Assembly: GCA_963700155.1 (NCBI GenBank)
Contig: OY969472.1
Location: 598,431-662,430, forward strand
Source: an uncultured bacterium
GTDB lineage: Bacteria; Patescibacteriota; Dojkabacteria; J137
Direction: 5' to 3'
Length of the DNA: 64,000 nucleotides
This document shows positions 28,101 through 36,389 of the stretch, one piece after another (position 1 is the first letter of the stretch; every line of letters starts with the position of its first letter). The position numbers and the translations under genes are program-made. The notes under the pieces were generated by a model. The model did not search any database. It was not told the DNA's origin and saw only the letters and a list, made by a program, of their open reading frames with translations.

Positions 28101-29591
28101 AGATTGAGGTCTGTATGTTAAATCCATAGAAGTAGTAGGATTAACTGTTGGTTTATCAACAGGATAATTCTGATAAGTAAATGTATTACTAGAAATTTTT
28201 GGTAAATAACTTGCATTACCACTTTCTAGAGTAGCTTTATATTGAAAGTATTGATTACGGGTTAAAGATGATATATCGAAAGTGGCAGGTGAATTTGTCG
28301 TGTTATGGATTTCATCATAGTAACTACTTGAAGTTCCATCAGGACCAATAAAACTTTCGCCAGAACATGCATTATCATCGCATGATCTAATCTGGTATTT
28401 TACATTTTGAATTCCACGTTTATAAATATTAAGAATTTCAGTGTCCGATAAAATTCTGTTCCAAACAGCCACATCTTCAATTTGACCCTTGAAGTTGTTT
28501 AAGTAAGCATGAGAATATTGATTGTATACAGTACCTATAAGAAAACTAGAATAATATGCATTTAAAGTCTCAGTTCTTGAATTCTCTAGTTGTCCGTTTA
28601 CATATATATATCCATATCCTGTTGTACCATTACGGACACCAGTTATTAAGTACCAAACACCTGGTGTTAATGTGGTAGTTGACACAACTGAAGATCCATT
28701 ACTGCAGCCTGAAGGAAGTATGTCCATCCCAGCTTTACCAGTACTTCCTATGTTTATACCATATCCATACCAACAACTTATTGAGTCTGCTGCTTCCTTG
28801 CCTGCTATTGCCATAGTAGTCCCAATTTGTGTAATTTTTACCCATGCAGAAATAGTAAAGGTACTTATTCCTAATGACCCTCCATCACTTACTGTTCCAT
28901 AGTCACCGTTGCCATCTAGGTCTAATACCTTAGTTGGCCTATCTGAGTTTACAAATGCAGCATTCCCGCTGAGAGTTACCGAATGATTGTATCCGCTTGA
29001 ATCACTTGTATTATTCATATGCCATAAGCCAAGATTCCCGGTCATATCGATATTACCAGTTGAGTATCCTGATTCAGTTGCATGATTATTAGGCAATTCT
29101 TTTCCATAAGGTAACTCTGCACTCCAATTAAAGTTTTGCCACGCTACGCCATCTATGGCTGATGTGTCATATATTTTTGAGGTATAACTTCCTGATAGTG
29201 ACAAACTATCCAAGGTTAAATGCCCAGAAGAGTATTGAGTATTATTATATGTTCCTAAATCGAATTCAGATTGTGAATCATCAGTTGTATTTGTCTGTAT
29301 TTGTTGTAAAGATACATTTCCACCTGTGATTTGCATCTTGTTGCTGTCAGATAATGTGTAATCCGAAGGAGTAGAAAAATTCCATGAAAAACTAGTAGAG
29401 GCAAATAATTTTATATAAATTACAGGAATAATTAAGATAGCTATAAAAATAACAGTCAAAACGACATATGCTTTCCTGACCTTGTTTAAAGGATTTTTTT
29501 TGCCTAAATTTGTATGTAACATCTTCTTTAACATAATATATAGGTTTCCCCTATAAATCAACATAGATAATAAGGATAAATGAAAAATCAA
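25170..29591 (-). CDS. giant surface protein, paralogue C (1473 aa as listed; the true start is probably the internal Met near 29531)
   Basis: Same architecture as A and B but ~75-80% identical. It has the N-terminal 'LFASTSFSWNFSTPSDYTLSDSNKMQITGG' module, a LamG-like module, the 'KYQIRSCDDNACSGESFIGPDG' Cys linker, Fn3-like repeats and the C-terminus 'ALDIVLRGLQDIFSFL'. Confidence 0.7.
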   Translation of the reverse strand: MIFHLSLLSMLIYRGNLYIMLKKMLHTNLGKKNPLNKVRKAYVVLTVIFIAILIIPVIYIKLFASTSFSWNFSTPSDYTLSDSNKMQITGGNVSLQQIQTNTTDDSQSEFDLGTYNNTQYSSGHLTLDSLSLSGSYTSKIYDTSAIDGVAWQNFNWSAELPYGKELPNNHATESGYSTGNIDMTGNLGLWHMNNTSDSSGYNHSVTLSGNAAFVNSDRPTKVLDLDGNGDYGTVSDGGSLGISTFTISAWVKITQIGTTMAIAGKEAADSISCWYGYGINIGSTGKAGMDILPSGCSNGSSVVSTTTLTPGVWYLITGVRNGTTGYGYIYVNGQLENSRTETLNAYYSSFLIGTVYNQYSHAYLNNFKGQIEDVAVWNRILSDTEILNIYKRGIQNVKYQIRSCDDNACSGESFIGPDGTSSSYYDEIHNTTNSPATFDISSLTRNQYFQYKATLESGNASYLPKISSNTFTYQNYPVDKPTVNPTTSMDLTYRPQSIDHFCEGTLDGSSNCTTTSTKPTNTELYYQVCSDTVSNCNSNNTWKYWDGAAWSNASSSSNSNTASTINTNISIFRPSSKFFSFKSFLSSGGQNTPVLSDVSLDVTYDTTAPIQNATSINISDVNDGDWVKSKPTINWTEGDDNVNGSGILGYCIALDEAEPDNSSSINPATSAGILHGLDDGVTDTYCDFIATGDHVDLSSIPGLTLTTGKQYYFSIKAVDVVGNIWSGSSGDYQDLISFRYDNTPPTNPTFISMPSNFISTKDATITWPVGDSNAANDVGAGLDGLQYKIGSGGTWYGDLHTGSEDLMDLLVNDGTYTTDPTYDYPNLSDGNNIIYFRTLDLAGNVSSSTVNGLLKVNTTAPSEPQNLSVTPSDNTANSYAFDWDPPATYTGSVSAITYCYTVNTLPSSTTCTYTSAGVTSLSADAFANQPDTNTFYVVAKDEAGNINYSTNISITFTYSGEAPGIPLNPDVADISNKDTSEWKLAVTWSTPSNVGAGVSNYDVYRSTTASASCSSDFGDFNKVSTVLGTSYVDSGLSQQDYYYCVKACDSANNCSAVSSTVTKYPTGKYTSPADLISGPSLNAKTTTKGVISWVTDRRSDSKIQYGLSSGDYFEEEVGISAQVTAHTVTLNNLKAGTTYYYIVKWTDEDGNTGTSGEKSFTTDPPPVITNVKVTNVGIDSALIKFTSNNANLVKIYYGKTTGFGAVQELDTAFIESSYTAVLTELTDGVKYYFKINPTDTEGTEYQGTVLDFTTLPRPTVSNIQIQEVKNVAQPTIDVTWSSNTDISSIVSFYPADNPDLVKNVIDLDLKTDHKLEVATLNADTKYSLVVKGTDAIGNEATSEVHTFTTATDTRPPEISNIKIEAVNPDSQDSTAQIVVSWTTDELATSQVLYGEGTGGSFAQGTQIDRSLSLKHVVIISNLKPSSVYHLEAVSEDGSKNETLSNNIVTITPQRSENALDIVLRGLQDIFSFL

Positions 29592-29688
29592 ACCTTTTTC
29601 TAATCTGGGAAATTATTATTATTTTATGGATTTCTGAAAGTGTCTTTTCCTTAACAGGGAGGCTTTATAAAGTTTATATAATTTTTCT

Positions 29689-29735
29689 TGACACTTTTGG
29701 TATACCATGTATACCATATAAGTATACTAATTTAT
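29689..29735 (+). promoter_or_regulatory. candidate lexA promoter (TTGACA -35) overlapping a triple GTATAC / TGGTATACCA palindromic array (putative LexA operator) in the divergent intergenic region shared with the giant-protein operon
   Basis: Sequence 'cTTGACActtttGGTATACCatGTATACcatataaGTATACtaa' lies 12-58 nt upstream of the lexA ATG. TGGTATACCA is a perfect 10-bp palindrome. Confidence 0.4.
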
Positions 29736-29747
29736 TAACTTAGGTAT

Positions 29748-30386
29748 ATGTCAAAATTTTTAACTTCAAAACAAAGAATAGTTTTAGATGCTCTTTCATC
29801 TTATCTTGAAGAAAATGGCGAGGCGCCAACCTTGGCTGAACTTCAAGAAATCCTTGGAATAAAAACTAAGAGAGGCGTTGCAAAACACCTAGAAGCTTTA
29901 GAAAGAAAAGGCTTTATTTATCGAAGTGGGAAATCTAGAGGAATTATGTTAGAAAATAGCCTTAATTCGGAAATGTATGATGTCCCAATTTTAGGGTATG
30001 CAAATGCAGGTCAGCCTTTAGTTTTTGCCGAAGAAGATATAGTTGGATCAATTAAAGTTGACAAAGATATTATTAAAAACAAAAAAAATATTTTTGCTCT
30101 TGTTGTAAAAGGTGATTCCATGAATATGAGAACTATTAATAAAGTCCCAATTGTAGATAAGAATTTTATCTTAGTTCAAAAAGAGAGCTCTTATGATAAT
30201 GGAGATGTTGTACTTGCAGTAATAGATAATGCAGCAACAGTAAAAACATTTAAAAGAAGTGATAATTCAGTAATACTTTATCCTGAATCAAATAATCCTG
30301 TTCATACTCCAATTTATTTAAGAGATGATGTTCATGGATTTATTAATGGGAAAGTAATTGCTGTTTTAGAAAATCCATCAAATTAA
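29748..30386 (+). CDS. lexA: LexA-like SOS repressor (S24 peptidase family)
   Basis: N-terminal winged HTH 'PTLAELQEILGIKTKRGVAKHLEALERKGFIYR', a linker, and the C-terminal S24 domain with 'VVKGDSMNM' (catalytic Ser) and a downstream Lys in 'ATVKTFKR'. Confidence 0.85.
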   Translation: MSKFLTSKQRIVLDALSSYLEENGEAPTLAELQEILGIKTKRGVAKHLEALERKGFIYRSGKSRGIMLENSLNSEMYDVPILGYANAGQPLVFAEEDIVGSIKVDKDIIKNKKNIFALVVKGDSMNMRTINKVPIVDKNFILVQKESSYDNGDVVLAVIDNAATVKTFKRSDNSVILYPESNNPVHTPIYLRDDVHGFINGKVIAVLENPSN

Positions 30387-30403
30387 ATATTATTTTAAAT
30401 ATA

Positions 30404-30838
30404 ATGAATAGGTACAAAATTTCAAATTTAAAGTCATCAGTAAGAATAGAGGAGATAGTAAAATTATTTATGGAATGTGGTTGGGGTCAAAAATATAGTA
30501 TTCAAAGTGCAAAAGAGATTTTAAAGAATAACAACATGGCAATATTTGCAAGAGATAACAAAGGCAAATTAGTTGGATTGTTAAGAATTTTGAATGAAGG
30601 CTCACGTTCAGCTAATGTAATGGATGTCGTAATTCATCCTAGGTATTCAAGCAGTTTAATTACGTCAAAATTAGTAAATTCTATAAAGAAACAATTTAAA
30701 GGAAGAAAAATTTATATAGATGAACTAAATGAATCAAGCAACTATTTTTTTATAAACCGAGGATTTAAATTAAGAAATTCGGTTCAAACACAGCAAGTTC
30801 AAGTTCCTTGGTTCGCGAAATTATTTGGAAACTATTAA
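30404..30838 (+). CDS. GNAT-family N-acetyltransferase-like protein
   Basis: 144 aa with 'LVGLLRIL...VMDVVIHPRYSSSLITSKLVNSI', resembling GNAT motif A. Confidence 0.45.
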   Translation: MNRYKISNLKSSVRIEEIVKLFMECGWGQKYSIQSAKEILKNNNMAIFARDNKGKLVGLLRILNEGSRSANVMDVVIHPRYSSSLITSKLVNSIKKQFKGRKIYIDELNESSNYFFINRGFKLRNSVQTQQVQVPWFAKLFGNY

Positions 30839-30955
30839 CTATTTTTATTTATTATATTAAAAAAATGAAAGCAGGAATGGATTATGCAAAATATGTAGAA
30901 GCTAGAAAACAGAGCTTTTTTCAGAAACTAAATCAATTTATGGGGAAGAAGTTTG

Positions 30956-31333
30956 CTAATATTTAAATCTTTTGTTCTTTTTTCTACGATTTAATTCCAA
31001 ATAAACAATGAGAATAATAGAAATTGCTAGACACGAACCACCTACAAGAATAAACAACCCTGATTCTGAGGTAAGTGTGTTTGAGATATTTAATCCTGAA
31101 GTTAATTTTGAATTAGTATCATCGTTATTATTTGATGATATTACTCCCGCTACTTTCCCGTCATAAGATATATTCTGAGTTTGTTCAATCCTTTTATTAG
31201 AATTGTTAGTAAAATTGCTAATAACCAAACAAGGTAAAATAAAAAAAAGAATGACCGAAAAAAAAGCTATAATAAACTTCCCAAAGCTTAATTCTTTTTT
31301 AATTTGTTTTAATTCAATTGAAAACTGATCCAT
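30956..31333 (-). CDS. small membrane protein (125 aa, two TM helices)
   Basis: Hydrophobicity only. Confidence 0.3.
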   Translation of the reverse strand: MDQFSIELKQIKKELSFGKFIIAFFSVILFFILPCLVISNFTNNSNKRIEQTQNISYDGKVAGVISSNNNDDTNSKLTSGLNISNTLTSESGLFILVGGSCLAISIILIVYLELNRRKKNKRFKY

Positions 31334-31361
31334 ATTTATATTCTATACAAAAGCATAGAAT

Positions 31362-32438
31362 TTACAAATATTTGGAAATATTTGACTGATGTTCTTCATA
31401 AGTCACTGAATAGTGAGTTATATTATTTTTATCTCTTAAGAAATAAAAATAGTCAGTCTGTTCAGGTGAAATAGCTGCTTTGATTGATGTTATACCTGGA
31501 CTGTTTATTGGTGTTGGTGGAAGTCCAGCATGCAGATAAGTATTATACGGTGAATCGATTTTTGTGTCAGAAATTAAGACAGTATCATCCTGCTTTCTAG
31601 TTATATAAACGATTGTGGCGTCCGATTGTAAAGGATAGTTCTGATTTAATCTATTATGAAAAACTCCAGAAATCAATGCATAATTATCACCAAGAGTTGC
31701 CTCTTTTTCTATTATTGAAGCTAGTACAATAACTTCATAAAGACTATTTAAACCTGTTTGTTTAGATAAAGTAGATTGATTGATATTATTATCATCAAGT
31801 TTCTTTTTAAAGTTGCTAACTAATGTTTCTACAACTGATTTAGCATCCGTATCAGTATTAAAACTATATGTATCTGGGAAAATCAACCCCTCTAATGAGT
31901 TACCTTTAGGTTTGAAATCATCCAAGAAGGTAGAAATATCAGAGTTAAATGTAGTGTTGTCAGGGTTGTTAACAATATTTAAAAACTCACTTTCACTGAA
32001 TTTTGCTTCAGGAACTTTACTAAATTGATTATTAAGGACATTTGCTATTTCATCACTTCTTAATCCCTCTTTAATTGTTATCTGAAGTGAAGGTTTATAT
32101 ACACCTTGATCAAGAATATCTATTAGCTCTGGAAAGTTTACATTAGAAGCGATGGTGTATTTACCTACCTTAATTATAGGTGAAACATTCTGTAGTCTTA
32201 AATAAATTCTAGCAGCATTTTCATCTTTAACTAATCCTTGGGTTTGAAGCTGATCTAAAATATTTAAAAGTGTATTACCTTCTTTTACTTCAAATTCAAC
32301 ATAGCTAGTATTTGAATTTGCAGGATCATAAATCGAACTGTTGTACCAGTTTGTAATCAAAATTGAAATTCCTACCAAGATTATTACAATTATAAGAACA
32401 AACAGAATTATTTTAGGGAAATTGGATTTCTTCTTCAT
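31362..32438 (-). CDS. mltG: endolytic murein transglycosylase MltG (YceG family)
   Basis: N-terminal TM, a LysM-like region, and the YceG core 'GLIFPDTYSF...LASIIEKEA...GVFHNRLN...LQSDATIVY...PYNTY...GLPPTPI'. Confidence 0.8.
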   Translation of the reverse strand: MKKKSNFPKIILFVLIIVIILVGISILITNWYNSSIYDPANSNTSYVEFEVKEGNTLLNILDQLQTQGLVKDENAARIYLRLQNVSPIIKVGKYTIASNVNFPELIDILDQGVYKPSLQITIKEGLRSDEIANVLNNQFSKVPEAKFSESEFLNIVNNPDNTTFNSDISTFLDDFKPKGNSLEGLIFPDTYSFNTDTDAKSVVETLVSNFKKKLDDNNINQSTLSKQTGLNSLYEVIVLASIIEKEATLGDNYALISGVFHNRLNQNYPLQSDATIVYITRKQDDTVLISDTKIDSPYNTYLHAGLPPTPINSPGITSIKAAISPEQTDYFYFLRDKNNITHYSVTYEEHQSNISKYL

Positions 32439-32839
32439 AATTTATATCTTTTATAATCTAAATATTCTTGTAACATAATTCTTGCAGCCTCTGCATCAAT
32501 ATATCCGTGCTTGTAATTTTTTAAATTTTCTTTTGCAGCTTCTGAAGTTAAAGTCTCATTCCAAAGTTTGTAATCTAATTCAGATTCTTTTGCTAATTTT
32601 TTCGAAAATAGATTAATTTTTTCTGACATTTGTGTAGGTTTAGATTCAAGTCCTAATGGATTTCCTATTACTAAAAAATTAATATTATATTTCTGAATAA
32701 TCTCTTTCAATTGTTTTATTCCATCATTCTCATCTTTAACTTCTAGAACTTGGAATGCTTGTGCAATAGTTTCTGTTTCATCAGAGATAGCAGTCCCAAT
32801 TCTTTTTGTACCATAGTCAATTCCTAATATTAAAGACAT
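32435..32839 (-). CDS. ruvX: Holliday-junction resolvase-like RuvX/YqgF
   Basis: 'LGIDYGTKRIGTAISD' RNase H-like N-terminus; 134 aa; overlaps mltG by 4 nt. Confidence 0.8.
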   Translation of the reverse strand: MSLILGIDYGTKRIGTAISDETETIAQAFQVLEVKDENDGIKQLKEIIQKYNINFLVIGNPLGLESKPTQMSEKINLFSKKLAKESELDYKLWNETLTSEAAKENLKNYKHGYIDAEAARIMLQEYLDYKRYKL

Positions 32840-32906
32840 TTGTAAGAAGTTTGTAATATGTATTTTTTAAAATTATTAAGCATTCTATCACTAATTTCAA
32901 TAAGAT

Positions 32907-33602
32907 ATGTTTTTGATTAATGAATACTTAAACTTATTCCTGGATTTCATATTCCCAAAAAGATGTTATTTTTGTAAATCAACAGGAAATTATATTTGTA
33001 GAAATTGTAAAAAAAATTTAAACATAAATTTAGTCCAAAGATGTCATGTTTGTGGCAAAGAAGTAAGGTTAGGTTTTGTACATTCAGACTGCAAAGATTC
33101 TACCTATTTGGATGGACTAATTTACGTTGTTTTATACGATGGAGCAATAAAAACAATGATTAAAGACGTAAAGTACCATTTTTATTATGATATTTTGAAT
33201 GAAATTTCAGAAATAATGGCAGATCATATCTCGAAATATAATTTTGATAAAATTTTATATACATCTGTACCTCTGCATTGGAAAAAGAAAAATTATAGAG
33301 GTTTTAATCAAGCAGAATTACTTTCAAGAAAAGTTGCAAAAAGAACAAAAAAAGAATATTCAGAACTTCTAATTAGAAAGCGAAATACAATTGCACAAGC
33401 TAGTTTAGGTAGAGAAGATAGAGAGAATAATCTAAAAGAAGTTTTTGATTATGTTGGAGAGTGGAATTTAAATGAGAGGTCGATAATTTTAGTTGATGAT
33501 GTATTTACAACAGGATCTACTTTGAATGAGTGCGCCAAAGTGCTAAAGCACTTTGGCGCACGACAGGTTTATGGATTTTGCTTCGCAAAATCCCGTGAGT
33601 AA
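32907..33602 (+). CDS. comFC: ComF/ComFC-family phosphoribosyltransferase-domain protein
   Basis: N-terminal 4-Cys finger (CYFC...CRNC...CHVC) and C-terminal PRT motif 'ILVDDVFTTGSTLNE'. Confidence 0.7.
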   Translation: MFLINEYLNLFLDFIFPKRCYFCKSTGNYICRNCKKNLNINLVQRCHVCGKEVRLGFVHSDCKDSTYLDGLIYVVLYDGAIKTMIKDVKYHFYYDILNEISEIMADHISKYNFDKILYTSVPLHWKKKNYRGFNQAELLSRKVAKRTKKEYSELLIRKRNTIAQASLGREDRENNLKEVFDYVGEWNLNERSIILVDDVFTTGSTLNECAKVLKHFGARQVYGFCFAKSRE

Positions 33603-33604
33603 CT

Positions 33605-34099
33605 ATGTTAATATTCTTTATGACTACAGAATTATTTGATAATAGTTTTAAAACTTATTTTGACTCCTTTGGAGATAAAGCTATATATCTTTTAAAATTA
33701 CTTTTTAGTGAAAAACATTTTAGAGGTCCAAGTAGCGACATTTACTTCTACTTAAAATTTAAAAGATTCGTTATTTTTTTATCTTGTTTAAATGACCAAC
33801 AGTTAACAATCTTGAGAGAATTAATTGTCAAGAAATATAACTGTACTCCGAAAACTTTTACTAGAATATATAATACTTTACAAAAATACTTTGGTTTTAA
33901 AGAACCAGAAACAAATTTTGAAGTTTTAAATTTAAAACTAGATAAAATCGAGAATCAACTTAGTTTGCCTAAGTCTTATAAAAGAGGTTCATTGTCAATA
34001 ACTAATTTACAAAACCTTTATGATAAAAGAAGAGCTTTAAGAGAGGCTCTTTTTGAGTTGATTCTTTCTGAATACAATCTCTCCATAGAAGAGCTATAA
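33605..34099 (+). CDS. hypothetical protein (164 aa)
   Basis: ORF only. Confidence 0.3.
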   Translation: MLIFFMTTELFDNSFKTYFDSFGDKAIYLLKLLFSEKHFRGPSSDIYFYLKFKRFVIFLSCLNDQQLTILRELIVKKYNCTPKTFTRIYNTLQKYFGFKEPETNFEVLNLKLDKIENQLSLPKSYKRGSLSITNLQNLYDKRRALREALFELILSEYNLSIEEL

Positions 34100-34131
34100 T
34101 CAAATCTAGCAAGGAGATCTAGCCTATTTTA

Positions 34132-34140
34132 TGGTATAAT
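34132..34140 (+). promoter_or_regulatory. extended -10 promoter (TGGTATAAT) for ssrA
   Basis: TGnTATAAT match ~60 nt upstream of the tmRNA 5' end. An 11-bp stem hairpin (34173..34200, GAGAAAGACAT/ATGTCTTTCTC) lies in the leader and abuts the mature 5' GGGG. Confidence 0.4.
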
Positions 34141-34200
34141 GTATTGCTCATTAAAAAAGGATAAACATTCGCGAGAAAGACATCTACTAATGTCTTTCTC

Positions 34201-34655
34201 GGGGATGTTTATTCGACAGTGAATTGCGGGTTTTAAAGCAAGTCAGAAGTTTATTAATTTCTTCTGTAAATCTCAAATTAATCGTTCCGTAAGGAATGTT
34301 TTGACAATAAACGTCAATAAAATTTCTAATGCATTTAACAGTGCTGTAAATGCTGTAGCTAGAGCTTTTGCTCCCAACTACAACTTATTTGTAGCCTAAG
34401 TTATTTGCAGTAGCTCGAATACAAAAGTAGAGCTACCGTTTGATTTTTCTTCTCTCGATGAGAAACTTCAGGCGAAACAAAGTCGGGATACAAGAAAAGT
34501 TTTTTAATTTATGAAACTTTTCCCAAGTTTAAAATAAATTCGGCATAAGTTTGTTTTTCTAGTTTTTAGAATTTATGCTGTAAAGAAAATTAGATAAACT
34601 TGTAAAACTTTAAGATTTTATATTTGCTGGACAGGGGTTTCCCTCATCTCCACCA
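34201..34655 (+). ncRNA. ssrA: tmRNA (ssrA)
   Basis: The 5' end GGGGATGTTTATTCGACAGTGAATTGCGGG parallels E. coli GGGGCUGAUUCUGGAUUCGACGGGAUUUGCG. The 5' GGGGATG pairs with 3' CATCTCC, including the G3:U70 wobble (Ala identity), and is followed by an encoded ACCA. An internal reading frame GCT..AAC TAC AAC TTA TTT GTA GCC TAA gives the tag '...(A)PNYNLFVA' (cf. ANDENYALAA). The T-arm looks unusually compact. Confidence 0.75.
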
Positions 34656-34784
34656 AAAGAATCTCACATAAAGTGGGATTTTTTTGTATATAATGTAAAA
34701 AATAAATATAGGTTCTTCGCATTTTTGATATTATAGGTTATTATTAGAACTGCAAATTCAAGTTTTAGCGATTAATTTAAATAA

Positions 34785-35645
34785 ATGGATATATTTACAA
34801 TTCTTTTTTATCAGCCGATTTATAATCTCCTGATTGTTCTATACAGATTGTTTTCAGACAATTTAGGACTTGCGATTATTATTGTTGCATTGCTTTCCAG
34901 ATTAATTACTTTGCCAATCACAATCAGGCAGATGAAAATGATGGGTAGTAACAAAGAAATGCAAAAGAAGATGAATGAGATAAAGAAGAAATATAAGAAC
35001 AATAAAGAAAAGTTACAGCAGGAACAGATGAAAATTCAATCAGAATATCTACCTTCACAACTTGCTGGATGTCTTCCAGCTATTCTTCAATTAGTCTTAT
35101 TTATAAATGTTTATAATGTTATAAATAACATCATTGCTCAAGGAGTAGAAAGTTTCAATGTTGTAGCATATTCATTTGTTCCAGGTTTTGATCCAAGTTA
35201 TCACTTGAATACTAATTTTTTAGGAATTTTTGATCTAAAAACTTCAGCAGCTTCGGTTGTACAAGCAGATGGAGCAGTTACTTTAGCTGTAGTTTTATAT
35301 TTAGGACTAATTGTATTAGTTGCAGCTTCTCAATATTTATCAATGAAATATATGACAGGTGGAAATATGATGATGCAATCTGATGATAAACAAAAAGAGA
35401 ATGATAAGAATAAATCAAAGAATAAAGACAAAAAAGATAAGGAAAAGCCAGAAGACTTTGCATCAATTGTTCAGCAATCTTCAAAACAAACGGCTTTCTT
35501 ATTTCCTATGATGATTGGTTTAATTTCTTACAATGTTGCTTCTGGTCTTGCTTTTTACTGGATTGCACAGAGTGGTTTTGTTATAATACAACAGTTTGTT
35601 ACAAAGCGGATTAATAAAAGCCAGATTCAGCCTAGTGTGGTATAA
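34785..35645 (+). CDS. yidC: membrane protein insertase YidC (short Gram-positive/CPR type) with a Lys-rich cytoplasmic insertion
   Basis: 'LLSRLITLPITIRQMKMMGSNKEMQKKMNEIKKKY...LPSQLAGCLPAILQLVLF' is the YidC/Oxa1 core; 5 TM. Confidence 0.8.
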   Translation: MDIFTILFYQPIYNLLIVLYRLFSDNLGLAIIIVALLSRLITLPITIRQMKMMGSNKEMQKKMNEIKKKYKNNKEKLQQEQMKIQSEYLPSQLAGCLPAILQLVLFINVYNVINNIIAQGVESFNVVAYSFVPGFDPSYHLNTNFLGIFDLKTSAASVVQADGAVTLAVVLYLGLIVLVAASQYLSMKYMTGGNMMMQSDDKQKENDKNKSKNKDKKDKEKPEDFASIVQQSSKQTAFLFPMMIGLISYNVASGLAFYWIAQSGFVIIQQFVTKRINKSQIQPSVV

Positions 35646-35676
35646 TTGACCGCTAAAATTATTACAATAATGATTT

Positions 35677-36357
35677 ATGAAAATTGAAGCAGAGAATAGA
35701 GAATTAACTGGGAAAAAATCAAAGACCTTAAGGACACAAGGTTTAGTTCCTGGTGTTGTTTTTGGACCTAATATTCAGCCAAAAAACGTTCAAGTTGATA
35801 AGAAAGCTTTAGCAGCTTTATTCAAAAAAGTTGGTCACAGTAAGTTTTTTGATTTAGATGTTGAGGGTCAAAAACCATCAAAAGTTTTGATTAAAGAGAT
35901 AGCAATTCATCCTTTAACTGATGAATTTTTAAATGTTAACTTTTATCAAGTTGCTGAGGATAGAAAGATTACTGTTGAAGTTCCAATAAACTTTATTGGA
36001 GATGCTCCAGCAATAAAGTTGAATTTAGGATTCTTGATCACACCAATGGAATCAATTATGCTTCACTGTTATCCAAAGGATCTTCCTACAGAATTAACAG
36101 TTGATATTTCTACATTAGCTAATACTGGAGATGCAATTACTGTCGGAGATATCCAACTTCCAGAAAATGTTGAATTAGATAGTAGTATGGATGCATCGTC
36201 TGCTATTGTATTTATTGCTGCTGCTCAGAAAGAAGAAGTTGAAGAAGTTAAGGAACCTGAGTTAGATGAAGAAGGTAATCCAATTGTTCCTGAAGGTGAA
36301 GAAGGAGCTGTTGCTGCTGAAGGTACTGAAACTGCTGAAACAGAAGAGGAAAAGTAA
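35677..36357 (+). CDS. rplY: 50S ribosomal protein L25 / general stress protein Ctc
   Basis: 'LRTQGLVPGVVFG' (cf. RRAGKVPAVVYG), beta-barrel N-domain plus Ctc C-domain, acidic tail. Confidence 0.85.
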   Translation: MKIEAENRELTGKKSKTLRTQGLVPGVVFGPNIQPKNVQVDKKALAALFKKVGHSKFFDLDVEGQKPSKVLIKEIAIHPLTDEFLNVNFYQVAEDRKITVEVPINFIGDAPAIKLNLGFLITPMESIMLHCYPKDLPTELTVDISTLANTGDAITVGDIQLPENVELDSSMDASSAIVFIAAAQKEEVEEVKEPELDEEGNPIVPEGEEGAVAAEGTETAETEEEK

Positions 36358-36389
36358 TATTCCAACTATCTTTATGGTAAACTTCCAGT

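Noticed and set aside
15427-28902. Many 60-90-aa ORFs on the plus strand inside the giant minus-strand genes (e.g. 15427..15657, 16089..16307, 17880..18116, 18999..19268, 20405..20657, 21092..21319, 22886..23122, 24009..24556, 27130..27396, 27574..28072, 28672..28902)
   Set aside because: They are antisense to or frame-overlapping long, well-supported coding sequence. They are low-complexity (L/I/K-rich) and duplicated only because the host genes are paralogous.
34100-34130. Direct repeat ATCTAGC x2 plus T-run as a terminator after ORF 33605..34099
   Set aside because: The repeats are direct, not inverted, and only a weak 4-bp stem can form.
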